64,000 bases of DNA from Thermoplasmata archaeon (GTDB lineage: Archaea > Thermoplasmatota > Thermoplasmata > RBG-16-68-12 > JAJISG01): assembly GCA_046758325.1 (NCBI GenBank), contig JBHHZZ010000003.1, positions 12,381 through 76,380 of the forward strand, given 5' to 3'. This document shows, in pieces, positions 18,018 to 26,964 of this stretch (position 1 is its first letter; each line of letters begins with the position of its first letter). The notes under the pieces are model-generated. The model worked only from the letters and a program-made list of their open reading frames with translations. It was not told the origin of the DNA and searched no databases. The position numbers were made by a program, and so were the translations under genes.

Positions 18018-19516
18018 GCCTGCTCGTCGCACTGCCAGTGGTTCTGCCGCTGACCACAGCCGTCGTGCTGCTAGCCCTCTTCCATTGGCCCCGCGTGCAG
18101 AAGGGCATCGCGATAGGGTCCAATGTTCTTCAGCTCTCCCTCTCCTTCGCCCTCCTTGCGCAGGTCCAGAACAGGGGAATCCAGGTCCATCTCCTCTCTG
18201 GCTGGCCACCACCCTACGGGATAATCCTCGTGGCCGACCTGCTGAGTTCCACCCTCCTTACCGTAACGGCCGGCGTCTTCCTGGCCAGTCTTGTCTACAG
18301 CCTGGGATACATGCGAAAGGAGGTCCTCCGGTTCTCCTACCTCCCCCTCTTCTTCTTTCTCATCACGGGAGTGAGCGGTGCCTTCCTCACGGGGGACATC
18401 TTCAACCTCTTCGTCTTCTTCGAGGTCATGCTGCTCTCCACTTATGCGCTGGTGATCTCCTGGGATCCCGAGGGCCTCATCAGCCGGGCAGAGAAGCTGG
18501 AGGCCACCTTCAAATACCTGGTCCTCAACCTCATCGGAGCCTCCGTCATGCTCCTGGCCATCGGTACCCTCTACGGTACCACGGGGACCCTCAACATGGC
18601 GGATCTCTCGGTGAGGATACGGGACCTTCGGGAGAGCGGCGTGGTCCATCTCGACCTCATCGCCTTACTCTTCGTAGCTGTCTTCGGCCTCAAGGCGGCC
18701 GCCGCCCCCTTCCACTTCTGGCTTCCCGACGTGCACCCCTCGGCCCCCACCCCCGTGAGTGCCATCCTCAGTGGAATCCTCATCAAGGTGGGTGCCTACG
18801 GGCTGATCCGCCTGACCACCCTCCTGTTTGTCGGTCTTCAAGGTCTTACGGAGGTCATCCTCATCCTTGGCTTGGTGACCCTCCTCCTTGGTGGGGTGAT
18901 GGCCGTAGGTCAGCTAGACATCAAGAGGCTGCTGGCGTACAGCAGTATCAGTCAGATGGGTTTCCTGCTGTTAGGGGTAGGCCTCGCCACCGGTCAGGCC
19001 ATCGCCGCGGCCCTCTTCTTCCTCATCAATCATGCCATCATCAAGAGCATGCTTTTCCTGGCAGCGGGTGGGGTAATGCACATGACCCGCGAGAGGTCCA
19101 TGCTGCGTATGGGAGGCCTTGCCAGGTCATCCCCCTTCCTCGCCGTATCCTTCCTGATAGGCGTCATGGCCCTGGCTGGGCTCCCGCCCCTCAACGGCTT
19201 CATCAGCAAGCTGCTCATCTTTCAGACCCTCATCGACGCTGGCAGGCTGCCCTATGTCCTAATCGCCCTGATCGGTGCCTTCCTGAGCGTCCTGTACACC
19301 TTCAGGGCCTGGCTCAACATATTCTGGGGTGAGTCGAAGCATGTAGTGGACGGCAGTGCTAGCCTGACCCTCTTGCTCCCGGTAGGGTCCCTGGCAGTCC
19401 TCTGCCTCATCCTGGGCATCTTCCCAGAGCCCTTGGTCAACCTCGTGTCCCAGGCAGGAATACAGGCCGCCTCCCCCGACCTATATGTCGAGGCTGTACT
19501 GGGGGGTGCAGGGTGA
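18014..19516 (+). CDS. mrpD: Mrp antiporter subunit D (NuoN/NuoM-like)
   Basis: 500 aa with antiporter-like subunit motifs (WLPDVHPSAPTPVSAILSGILIKVGAYG). Overlaps mrpC by 4 nt. Confidence 0.85.
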   Translation: MSLLVALPVVLPLTTAVVLLALFHWPRVQKGIAIGSNVLQLSLSFALLAQVQNRGIQVHLLSGWPPPYGIILVADLLSSTLLTVTAGVFLASLVYSLGYMRKEVLRFSYLPLFFFLITGVSGAFLTGDIFNLFVFFEVMLLSTYALVISWDPEGLISRAEKLEATFKYLVLNLIGASVMLLAIGTLYGTTGTLNMADLSVRIRDLRESGVVHLDLIALLFVAVFGLKAAAAPFHFWLPDVHPSAPTPVSAILSGILIKVGAYGLIRLTTLLFVGLQGLTEVILILGLVTLLLGGVMAVGQLDIKRLLAYSSISQMGFLLLGVGLATGQAIAAALFFLINHAIIKSMLFLAAGGVMHMTRERSMLRMGGLARSSPFLAVSFLIGVMALAGLPPLNGFISKLLIFQTLIDAGRLPYVLIALIGAFLSVLYTFRAWLNIFWGESKHVVDGSASLTLLLPVGSLAVLCLILGIFPEPLVNLVSQAGIQAASPDLYVEAVLGGAG

Positions 19517-20004
19517 AGACTTACCCGTACGCCGTACTGGCCATGGCGATTACGTGGATGTTCCTGAAGGGGTCCATCACCATCCTGGCCTTTGTGGAGG
19601 GCCTGTTCTTCGCCCTCCTCACGGTCTTCACCACACGGGCAATCATCAAACCCGAGATCAGGCAGACCTTCCCCCGGGTCCTCAGACGGCTGCCCTCATA
19701 CCTTGCCTACTTCGGCTTCTTCGCGAAGAGCGTCATTCAAGGGAACCTGGATGTCTCATACAGAGCCCTCCACCCGAGGCTACCGGTGTACCCAGGCATC
19801 CTTGCGGTGAACATCGAGGGGAGGAGCGAGCTCGAGGTGGCCATGATGGCCAACACCATTACGCTCACCCCCGGGACACTGACCATGGACGTGGATATGG
19901 ACAAGAAGCTCATGTTCGTCCACACGATCAACGCCAGGGACCTAGAGCGCGTGAGACGGGACATAAAGGAGGTCGAGAGGTACGTCATGAGGGTGCTCAG
20001 ATGA
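19513..20004 (+). CDS. mrpE: Mrp antiporter subunit E
   Basis: 163 aa MnhE-like. Overlaps mrpD by 4 nt. Confidence 0.7.
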   Translation: MKTYPYAVLAMAITWMFLKGSITILAFVEGLFFALLTVFTTRAIIKPEIRQTFPRVLRRLPSYLAYFGFFAKSVIQGNLDVSYRALHPRLPVYPGILAVNIEGRSELEVAMMANTITLTPGTLTMDVDMDKKLMFVHTINARDLERVRRDIKEVERYVMRVLR

Positions 20005-20261
20005 GCTTCGCTTACGCGATGATCGCATTGGGGGGCATCATCCCCATCGTGCTGTACAGGTTCGTGAAGGGGCCGAGCATTCCCGACAGGGTCGTCGCCC
20101 TGGAGGCCATCGTGTCCATGGTGGTCGCCCTACTCGTCCTCAACTCCTATCTCCAGCGGTCATCCCTGTACATGGACGCCGCCCTCGTCCTGTCGATCTT
20201 CGGCTTCATTAGCACGGTGGCAATGGCCAAGTACCTGGAGAGGGGGAATGTGTTTGCTTGA
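20001..20261 (+). CDS. mrpF: Mrp antiporter subunit F
   Basis: 86 aa with three TM segments (MSFAYAMIALGGIIPIVLYRFVKGP), MnhF-like. The ATG at 20001 overlaps the mrpE stop by 4 nt. It is hidden inside a longer ORF in the track. Confidence 0.7.
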   Translation: MSFAYAMIALGGIIPIVLYRFVKGPSIPDRVVALEAIVSMVVALLVLNSYLQRSSLYMDAALVLSIFGFISTVAMAKYLERGNVFA

Positions 20262-20649
20262 GTGGCTCAGGGAACCCGTCGCCACAGCCCTACTGGTCGT
20301 AGGCGTCTTCTTCTACTTCAGCGGGGCCGTGGGCATTCTTCGACTTCCCGACGTGTACAACAGGATCCACGCGTCCACCAAGACCTCCACCATAGGTGTC
20401 GTGAGCATACTCCTCTCGGGCCTGGTCTTGCTGGGCATGGACCCGGTGAGCATCAAGGCCTTGGCCATCGTCCTCTTTCTGATGCTCACCTATCCCGTGG
20501 CGGGCCACCTCCTCGCCAGGGCCGCGTACAGAACGGGGGTCGTACTAACAGACAGGACCCTCCGTGATGAGTATAGGCATGTCCTTGACCTGGGGGAAGG
20601 TGAGGGCGTGGAGGAAGAGGCCGAGGTCCGAGACCGAGAACGCGTCTAG
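20248..20649 (+). CDS. mrpG: Mrp antiporter subunit G
   Basis: 133 aa MnhG-like (FFYFSGAVGILRLPDVYNRIHASTKTSTIG). Confidence 0.75.
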   Translation: MCLLEWLREPVATALLVVGVFFYFSGAVGILRLPDVYNRIHASTKTSTIGVVSILLSGLVLLGMDPVSIKALAIVLFLMLTYPVAGHLLARAAYRTGVVLTDRTLRDEYRHVLDLGEGEGVEEEAEVRDRERV

Positions 20650-21842
20650 GGCCTCAGGACGGTTACGTCTTCAGGAGATGTGAACTTGTAGATTTTGCCC
20701 CGCCATTCGAACTCCCTCATCCGCAGGGCTGTCCGCACGTTGTAGATCATCAGGAAGGGTATCAAGGTGGAAGCGAGGTAGAACCAGAAGCGGAAGCGGG
20801 AAAAGTGACGGCTGAAGGCTGGCATGGCGCGCCTGAAGGCCACTCTTCTCAGAAAGTTCTTCCACAGGCCCAGGTAGACGGGACTTAGGAGGAGTAGGGT
20901 CGGGAGGAGGAAGGTCATGCTCAAGGTCGCGAGGAAGCCGCTGGCAGCGGCGAGAAGGAGGGAGGCAGCGTAGATGACGTAGGGGAGGGTGAGCCTCTTC
21001 ATCGTCGGGGCGTACATCAGCGCGAGGCAGGTCTGGCGATTCGTCCAGCGGAGGACATCCGAGAAGGAATGGTCGGTGTAGTTTGCGACCGTTGCCCTGG
21101 GAGCGAAGGATATCCTGTGACCCTTCTCCTTCAGGGCCTGGGTCATGATCATGTCGTCACTCAAACATCTCTCCCACCTCTCCTCGATGCGGAGCTCCTT
21201 CAGGACCTCCCTCCTGATGGCGTAGGAGCCGCCCCATAGGTATGTCCACCTCTCGCTGAACATCACGTTTCCCGCAGCACTGTTCCACGTGGACTGAAGG
21301 GCCGGTCCCAGTCCTCCCCTTGTGGGGAAATACCACCTGTACCCAGTGGACGCTGCCACCCCTGAATCCTCCAGAGGGGCCACCAGATGGGCCAGCCACT
21401 CGAGGTCCGGCTCGATGTCGCCGTCGGCGAAGACCACGATCTCGTCATCCTCCTCCACATGCTCCAAGCCTGCAAGGAGGGCAGCGATCTTTCCCGAACA
21501 TCTCCTCAGGGGTTTCGACCGGACGATGCTCAGGGGCCTCTTTGCCTCCACTTCCCTCAGGTGCCCCTCCGTCTCATCCCCCTGGTCTACAATGAACACG
21601 AGTCGATATTCGCCATACTGCTGGTTGAGCAGGGCATGAAGGTTTTTTTCGAAAATCGGGTCCAGGCCTCGGACGGGGATGAGGACGACGGCCTTTGGCT
21701 GGAAACTGCTCCTGGACCCAGAGGAGGCGGTAATCCGCCGGAGGAAGGCTACACCGTCCGCTAGAGAGATGATGGCGAAGAGCAAGGACCCTATCCCCAA
21801 GGACAGAAGGGTCCACTGGAGAGCGGCGAGGAGCGAGACCAA
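20646..21842 (-). CDS. Membrane-bound family 2 glycosyltransferase
   Basis: GT-A fold with a DxD-type motif (VVFADGDIEPD), plus an N-terminal TM segment and several C-terminal TM helices. Resembles ceramide-glucosyltransferase/GT21-like enzymes. Confidence 0.7.
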   Translation of the reverse strand: MVSLLAALQWTLLSLGIGSLLFAIISLADGVAFLRRITASSGSRSSFQPKAVVLIPVRGLDPIFEKNLHALLNQQYGEYRLVFIVDQGDETEGHLREVEAKRPLSIVRSKPLRRCSGKIAALLAGLEHVEEDDEIVVFADGDIEPDLEWLAHLVAPLEDSGVAASTGYRWYFPTRGGLGPALQSTWNSAAGNVMFSERWTYLWGGSYAIRREVLKELRIEERWERCLSDDMIMTQALKEKGHRISFAPRATVANYTDHSFSDVLRWTNRQTCLALMYAPTMKRLTLPYVIYAASLLLAAASGFLATLSMTFLLPTLLLLSPVYLGLWKNFLRRVAFRRAMPAFSRHFSRFRFWFYLASTLIPFLMIYNVRTALRMREFEWRGKIYKFTSPEDVTVLRP

Positions 21843-21930
21843 CGGAAGCGTTAGGCAGCCGGGATTCTTAAGGGCTTCACGATTCGGCAGTGTTCAGCTC
21901 TGTCAGGGAGGGAGCCGGGTTTGCATAAGA

Positions 21931-21962
21931 ATTATATATCGCGGAAGTATAACAGCGTTATA
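21931..21962 (+). promoter_or_regulatory. Promoter of the dsrE-like/tusA operon: TATA box (ATTATATAT) plus operator-like palindrome TATAAC-AGC-GTTATA
   Basis: The TATA box at 21931-21939 lies about 32 bp upstream of the ATG at 21971. A perfect 6+6 inverted repeat at 21948-21962 sits between the TATA box and the predicted start site, which is the classic archaeal repressor-operator position. Confidence 0.45.
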
Positions 21963-21970
21963 GTGAGACT

Positions 21971-22348
21971 ATGACGCAAGAACTCCACATCGTACTGCTT
22001 TCCAGCGAACCCTTTCGAGCGTATCCCGCCATTCAGCTAGCCTTGGGCGCGGCCGCGATGGGCACAAAGGCCAAGGTCTATTGCACGTCCGCTGGCCTGG
22101 AACTCGTGAAGAAGGGCGGGGCGGACGAGATCCAGATGCCCGGTTTCCCTCCCCTTGGCCAGCTGCTTAGGGATGCCCTGAGCTCCGGCGTAAAGGTATG
22201 CGCGTGTGCTCCTTCCCCTGAAATCCTCGAGGCCATGGGAATAACTGAGGATACTGTGGAGGAAGGCATAGAACTGGAGGACGTGGTTACCTTCCTGAGC
22301 GAAGCGCTGCCAGCCGCCAAGGAGGGTGGCATAGTCACGTTCATCTAG
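21971..22348 (+). CDS. DsrE/DsrF-like family sulfur-relay protein
   Basis: 125 aa with the N-terminal HIVLLSSEPFRAYPA...AMGTKAKVYCTSAGLEL pattern of DsrE/peroxiredoxin-like small proteins, and a conserved Cys (VCACAPS). Confidence 0.65.
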   Translation: MTQELHIVLLSSEPFRAYPAIQLALGAAAMGTKAKVYCTSAGLELVKKGGADEIQMPGFPPLGQLLRDALSSGVKVCACAPSPEILEAMGITEDTVEEGIELEDVVTFLSEALPAAKEGGIVTFI

Positions 22349-22356
22349 GAGGAATA

Positions 22357-22626
22357 ATGGCCTCCACAGAGGGAGCGGAGATGGACAGCCAGGAGTTCTC
22401 GGAGGATCCAGCTATCAGGCTGAACACCGTCGGCCTCATCTGTCCTTATCCCGCGTTGGAGACCCAGAAGGCCCTTGGACGGATGAAGAAAGGGCAGGTT
22501 CTAGAGATCCTCACCAACAACGAGCCCACCGCCAAGAAGTCCATTCCCCTTCTCTGCGACCAGGCCGGCTCGAAATACAAGATAATCGAGGAAGAGGATC
22601 GCTGGAGAATTCTCATCAGAAAATGA
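22357..22626 (+). CDS. tusA: TusA-like sulfurtransferase
   Basis: CPxP motif (GLICPYPALE) within a roughly 80 aa two-layer alpha/beta fold. The true start may be the Met at 22381. Confidence 0.75.
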   Translation: MASTEGAEMDSQEFSEDPAIRLNTVGLICPYPALETQKALGRMKKGQVLEILTNNEPTAKKSIPLLCDQAGSKYKIIEEEDRWRILIRK

Positions 22627-22639
22627 CCTGATGCCAGCC

Positions 22640-23281
22640 TCACATCCCGGATAGACCTAGGAGGTCTTCCACAGCTTCCACCCGTCTGGCAGTGGAGCTC
22701 ACTGCAACTTTGACCAGCTCTTCATACGCCGCGGATATCTGCCGATCGGGTCCCCAAACCACCCCATCCCCTTCACCTTCCCAGACGCAAAGCACATCAT
22801 AGTGGTTTATCGGGAAAGCCATGGTTAGTGCCTCGCTGATGCGCTGTCCGAGGTACTCCTTCAGGTCGTAGAGATGGATGGTAGGTTCGCCCACGGCTTC
22901 CTCGTCAGTGAAGCACAGAATGGCAGCGCCTTCCCCCGTCATCTCCTCCAGAATCTCCCTGGAGGCTTCCACAGTGTCCGCCAGCTCCCCTGGCAGCCGA
23001 ATGCTCAGGGCCACATCATGCCCAAAAGCCTGCTTGAGGCAGCCGCTCAACGTTCCCCTAAGCCGCTCGCGTAGCAGAAAGGGAGGCACGGATATCTTCA
23101 GGGCAGCGTGCTCCGAACTGACTACCTGTAGGGCGCTCCTCAAATCCTTCAGAGCTGAAAGGGCATCCCGCAACATCTTCACGGGTGGAAAGCGCGCGTA
23201 ATCCTCCCTGGAGACGTGGAGCAGAACGATGAGCTCTCTCCTCAACTCCTCGGCTGTTTCATCCTCCTGAATGGTTAGCAT
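22640..23281 (-). CDS. Hypothetical protein (213 aa)
   Basis: Clean GC3-rich ORF downstream of the DUF835 gene on the same strand. No motif recognised. Confidence 0.4.
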   Translation of the reverse strand: MLTIQEDETAEELRRELIVLLHVSREDYARFPPVKMLRDALSALKDLRSALQVVSSEHAALKISVPPFLLRERLRGTLSGCLKQAFGHDVALSIRLPGELADTVEASREILEEMTGEGAAILCFTDEEAVGEPTIHLYDLKEYLGQRISEALTMAFPINHYDVLCVWEGEGDGVVWGPDRQISAAYEELVKVAVSSTARRVEAVEDLLGLSGM

Positions 23282-23340
23282 CAGCCCCTATGCCCATCGC
23301 TAGCGTCTTGATAGATGTTTGGGATGTCCTTCCTAGTTTC

Positions 23341-23910
23341 TCATCCCTTGAGATATCGATCTATGAGCTGGACAAACTCTTCCACTCTTGCCTTGGATAC
23401 CAGCTTCTCCCCCTCCAGCACCTCGGCATTCCTCTCCAGGAGGGCAAGGTCCTGTTCCTCCAAAGCCTCTGGGTTTATGGGCACCAAGAGGAGGGCCTCG
23501 CTCTGCATGATGAAGTCGTTGAGGTGCTCGAGAAAGAGGAGGGTCTTTGAGAACTCGTTATGCAGGAGGAGGTACTCCAATCCATCGATAAGGACGACGC
23601 CTTGAGGATGTTCGACGAGGAAGTCGTAGACGATCTTGGTCAGGATGCTTAGGGCCTTCGGGTCCACCCGGTCCTTCCCGACGGAGGGCGTGAGCCACTT
23701 GAGCTGGATAGTATCGGGGATACCCCAGTAGCCCTTTGCGACCTCCGGGTGCTTTCTGGTGATGCACAGTCCTGTCCTTCCCTTGCCCCCCAGGCTGCAG
23801 AAGAGGTCGAAAGCCGCCTGGCCCTTCTTCTCTCTGACGAAGTAAGTCGTGCCGCTCCTGAGCTCTTCCAGCATGGCCTCCCCAGGTCCTGCGGACTCTC
23901 CAGAAAGCAC
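23341..23910 (-). CDS. DUF835-like (degenerate KaiC/RecA-like) archaeal protein
   Basis: The pattern TTYFVREKK...GLCITRKHP...LKWLT...VVLIDGLEYLLLHNEF...LFLEHLND resembles the archaeal DUF835 family, a RecA-like fold lacking a canonical Walker A. Confidence 0.5.
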   Translation of the reverse strand: MLSGESAGPGEAMLEELRSGTTYFVREKKGQAAFDLFCSLGGKGRTGLCITRKHPEVAKGYWGIPDTIQLKWLTPSVGKDRVDPKALSILTKIVYDFLVEHPQGVVLIDGLEYLLLHNEFSKTLLFLEHLNDFIMQSEALLLVPINPEALEEQDLALLERNAEVLEGEKLVSKARVEEFVQLIDRYLKG

Positions 23911-23958
23911 AAATTACTAAAGGCCACCGGAACAAAAATCACTTAGTCCAGTGAGGGC

Positions 23959-24432
23959 CTAAACTTCCTCCTTCACGGTGGCAAGCGAGCTGCTGGTAAG
24001 GGTCCTCTCCACACCTTTCATGGACCTGAGCTTATCCAGGACCAACCGCCCCACGTCCTCCAGGGTCCCGGTCCTCACCTTCAGGAGAATGTCCCAATCC
24101 CCCGTTATCAGATGGACCTCAAGGATCTCCGGGAACTTGGCCAGTTCGTTGGCCAGCCGTCTCTGGGAGACCTCTGGATTGGGCTGATAGCGGACGAACA
24201 CGAAGGTCGTCATCCCTTGACCCAGTCTGGAGTAGTCTTTCAGCACCGTGAACTTCCGTATGATGCCCTCCCTTCTCATCCTCTGGATTCGGTAGTTGAC
24301 GGTCGGCCGCGGCAGGCCTAGCTCCCGGGCGATGTGGGCCAGGCTCTTGCTGGAATCCTCAATCAATTTCTCCAGAATCCTCTCATCAGTACTGTCGAGC
24401 TGATACTTCATTGTCGAATGTTTATAGGACAT
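23959..24432 (-). CDS. Lrp/AsnC family transcriptional regulator
   Basis: N-terminal HTH (DERILEKLIEDSSKSLAHIARELGLPRPTVNYRIQRM) plus a C-terminal RAM domain. Confidence 0.85.
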   Translation of the reverse strand: MSYKHSTMKYQLDSTDERILEKLIEDSSKSLAHIARELGLPRPTVNYRIQRMRREGIIRKFTVLKDYSRLGQGMTTFVFVRYQPNPEVSQRRLANELAKFPEILEVHLITGDWDILLKVRTGTLEDVGRLVLDKLRSMKGVERTLTSSSLATVKEEV

Positions 24433-24657
24433 GGCAATACATTAAGGTTTTGATATAGGAGGTGTGAATTCGTTAATGAGTCACGGGGTTGAGGATGCAG
24501 GAAAGGTAGCACACCCGTTCCCATGCGGACTTCGGCCTGCTTCCGAGTTTGTTCTTCCCCTCTGAGGAGTCCCCCGGTCCCATCCCCATCATGGTCGCCG
24601 GCCCGGTCCGCAAAGGCCTTGTAGCTGCAGCCCCTAGCTTGGCGGAGGCGAGGTGGT

Positions 24658-25836
24658 ATGGAACCCGTGATGAAGCTGGCCTCCGGTCACAGAGAGAAGA
24701 TAGTGCAGTGGAGGAGGAGCCTGCACCAGATACCTGAGCTGGCCTACGAGGAGGTGAAGACGAGCGGCCTCATCGCCGATGTCCTGGAGGAGATGGGCCT
24801 AAGAGTGAAGGAGGGAGTTGGTGGAACAGGAGTGTTAGCCCTCATCAAGGGATCGAGACCTGGGAAGGTCGTGGCCCTGCGGGCTGACATGGATGCTTTG
24901 CCGCTGGACGAGAAGACAGGCCTTCCCTTCGCTTCGGTCCACAAAGGCAGGATGCACGCATGCGGTCACGATTCCCATATGGCCATGGTCCTGGGGGCCG
25001 CTCGGGTGCTGAAAGACTTGGAGTCGGAACTCAGCGGCCAGGTGAAGCTTATTTTCCAGCCTGCTGAGGAGCAGGGTCACACCGGTGGTGCAAAGCCTCT
25101 CATCGAGGCCGGTGCCCTGGAGAACCCGAGGGTGGACTACATCTTCGGCATGCACGTATGGTCTGACCTGGAGTCAGGGAAGATCGGCTACAACATGGGA
25201 GCCATGCTCGCCTCCACGGATACCTTCTACATAACCGTGAAAGGGAGGGGTGGCCATGGGGCGAAACCGCACGACGCCGTGGATCCCGTTGTGGCAGCCG
25301 CCCACCTGGTCGTGGCCCTGCAGACAGTCGCCTCCAGGGAGGTGGACCCGCTGGAGCCCTTCGTCCTCACGGTGGGCAAGTTTCAGTCGGGAACGGTCCA
25401 CAACATCATTCCTTCAGAGGCGTACCTGGAAGGTACCATTAGGACGGTTAAGGAAGGAACCAGGAAGAGCCTGAGGGAAAGGCTGGAGAGAATCGTCGCT
25501 GGGGTGACATCCTCCTTCGGGACCGACTATGAGCTGAGGATCGATGAGGGGTATCCGCCGACGGTCAACGATCCACAGGTTACGGGGAAAGCAGCGGAGA
25601 TCCTGCGAGACGCCCTCGGCGCGGATAGCCTCGTGGAAGTGCCACCGGTCATGGGAGGGGAGGACTTTTCCCGCTACCTTGAGAGGATACCAGGCACTTT
25701 CCTCGTCCTGGGCACCAGGAACGAGGCCAAGGGTCTGACTGCATCCATTCACAGCCCCCACTTCCAGGTGGACGAGGACGTACTACCCATGGGCTCTGCT
25801 GCCCTTGCGAAGCTGGCTCTCTCCTTCAGCGCCTGA
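24658..25836 (+). CDS. M20D family amidohydrolase (N-acyl-amino acid / hippurate hydrolase type)
   Basis: Metal ligand motifs HACGHDSH and ALRADMDALP. 392 aa. Confidence 0.8.
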   Translation: MEPVMKLASGHREKIVQWRRSLHQIPELAYEEVKTSGLIADVLEEMGLRVKEGVGGTGVLALIKGSRPGKVVALRADMDALPLDEKTGLPFASVHKGRMHACGHDSHMAMVLGAARVLKDLESELSGQVKLIFQPAEEQGHTGGAKPLIEAGALENPRVDYIFGMHVWSDLESGKIGYNMGAMLASTDTFYITVKGRGGHGAKPHDAVDPVVAAAHLVVALQTVASREVDPLEPFVLTVGKFQSGTVHNIIPSEAYLEGTIRTVKEGTRKSLRERLERIVAGVTSSFGTDYELRIDEGYPPTVNDPQVTGKAAEILRDALGADSLVEVPPVMGGEDFSRYLERIPGTFLVLGTRNEAKGLTASIHSPHFQVDEDVLPMGSAALAKLALSFSA

Positions 25837-25923
25837 AACCTCTCATTTGAAAGAAACCTTCCCGTGGGCTTCCTCATGTCCTACCCCCTGTCATGGTGAA
25901 GGTTCCTGAGGTGTCGCTAGGTC

Positions 25924-26763
25924 TCAGGGTCTAAGGAAGCTGAGGGCATTCTGCATGAGTAACTTCTCCGAAACCCCCTCCTTGAGCCTCGGTTTCAAGG
26001 ATCGATTGAAGTCCTCCCTCCATGAGGAGGGCTTTATCATGGGGTAGTCGCTGCCTACCAGGGTCCTCTCCTTTAGAGGCCCGTTGATCATTGTCACCAT
26101 AGCCTCTGGCAGATATTTTGGCAGCCAACCGGAGATGTCAGTATACAGGTTCGGATTCCTCATGAGGACGGCGAAGCACTCCTCCATCCACGGCCATCCA
26201 AAGTGGGCCAACAGCATTCTGACGTCAGGAAAGGCCTGAGCCACCTCGTCGAAGTAGATGGGGCGGGCGTAGTGGATGAGGCAGCTGCCGAGAGCGGTGG
26301 TCCCGGTATGGTGGATGATGGGCACCTGGAGTTCCTGCGCTTTCCTGTAAATCGGATACATAAGCTGCTTATCGTCGGGCCGAACCTGGATGGCGGACGC
26401 GTGGAACTTGAGGCCGGTAAGTTCCAAGCTGCCGATGGCGTCCCCGAAATAATCCAAAGCCTTCGAACGGCGCGGATCGATACCAGCGAAGCCGACGAAG
26501 AGGTCTGGGTGCTCTCTGACTGCTTCGCCCACCTCTTCATTCCTCACCGTTAGGTTCCGGAGGGCCTCCTGGTCGCTCTCCCCACAGTCCATGGCCAGGA
26601 GGAAAGCCTTCCGCACACTGGCCTCGTGAAGGTCTTCCACCAAGTCATCCAACGTCCTCGGGAGGTCCTCCTCAGAGGCCCGGAAGTATGCCAGAGCTGC
26701 CTGGGCAGACTCGGAAGACCGGACCAGGGACCTGGTCCACAGGTGGACGTGATCGTCGATCAT
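25924..26763 (-). CDS. Amidohydrolase-2 (TIM-barrel metal-dependent hydrolase) family protein
   Basis: N-terminal MIDDHVHLW HxH metal motif, with C-terminal His/Asp ligands. Start chosen at the MIDDHVH Met, because the upstream 58 codons look like read-through. Confidence 0.65.
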   Translation of the reverse strand: MIDDHVHLWTRSLVRSSESAQAALAYFRASEEDLPRTLDDLVEDLHEASVRKAFLLAMDCGESDQEALRNLTVRNEEVGEAVREHPDLFVGFAGIDPRRSKALDYFGDAIGSLELTGLKFHASAIQVRPDDKQLMYPIYRKAQELQVPIIHHTGTTALGSCLIHYARPIYFDEVAQAFPDVRMLLAHFGWPWMEECFAVLMRNPNLYTDISGWLPKYLPEAMVTMINGPLKERTLVGSDYPMIKPSSWREDFNRSLKPRLKEGVSEKLLMQNALSFLRP

Positions 26764-26964
26764 CTCTCTGTCCTCCCCACGCGGCGGAGGATGAGATGGG
26801 ATGGCTAAACACTTTCCCCTGGCCGCGAGGCATCTTCCCGGGGATGAGTGCCGGGCGCTGGCGATTGCATACCAGGGACGAGGAAAAACCCGAGGGAGGC
26901 GTCCCAGGTGCCTGCTTGGGTCCAGGGAAACCCTCACGCCGACGACCAGGCAGAACAGCTCCCA

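Noticed and set aside
18085-19332. 415-aa ORF in an alternate frame of mrpD on the same strand (Arg/Pro/Gly/His-rich)
   Set aside because: It overlaps a confidently assigned membrane-protein gene. Its composition (poly-R/P/G) is typical of out-of-frame translation of GC-rich DNA.
24433-24657. 225-bp divergent intergenic region between the Lrp gene and the M20D amidohydrolase, considered as a possible tRNA or ncRNA locus
   Set aside because: No cloverleaf-compatible conserved boxes (GTTCRANYC) and no convincing long stems. It is most simply a divergent promoter region, with a TTTATAG element at about 24419-24428.
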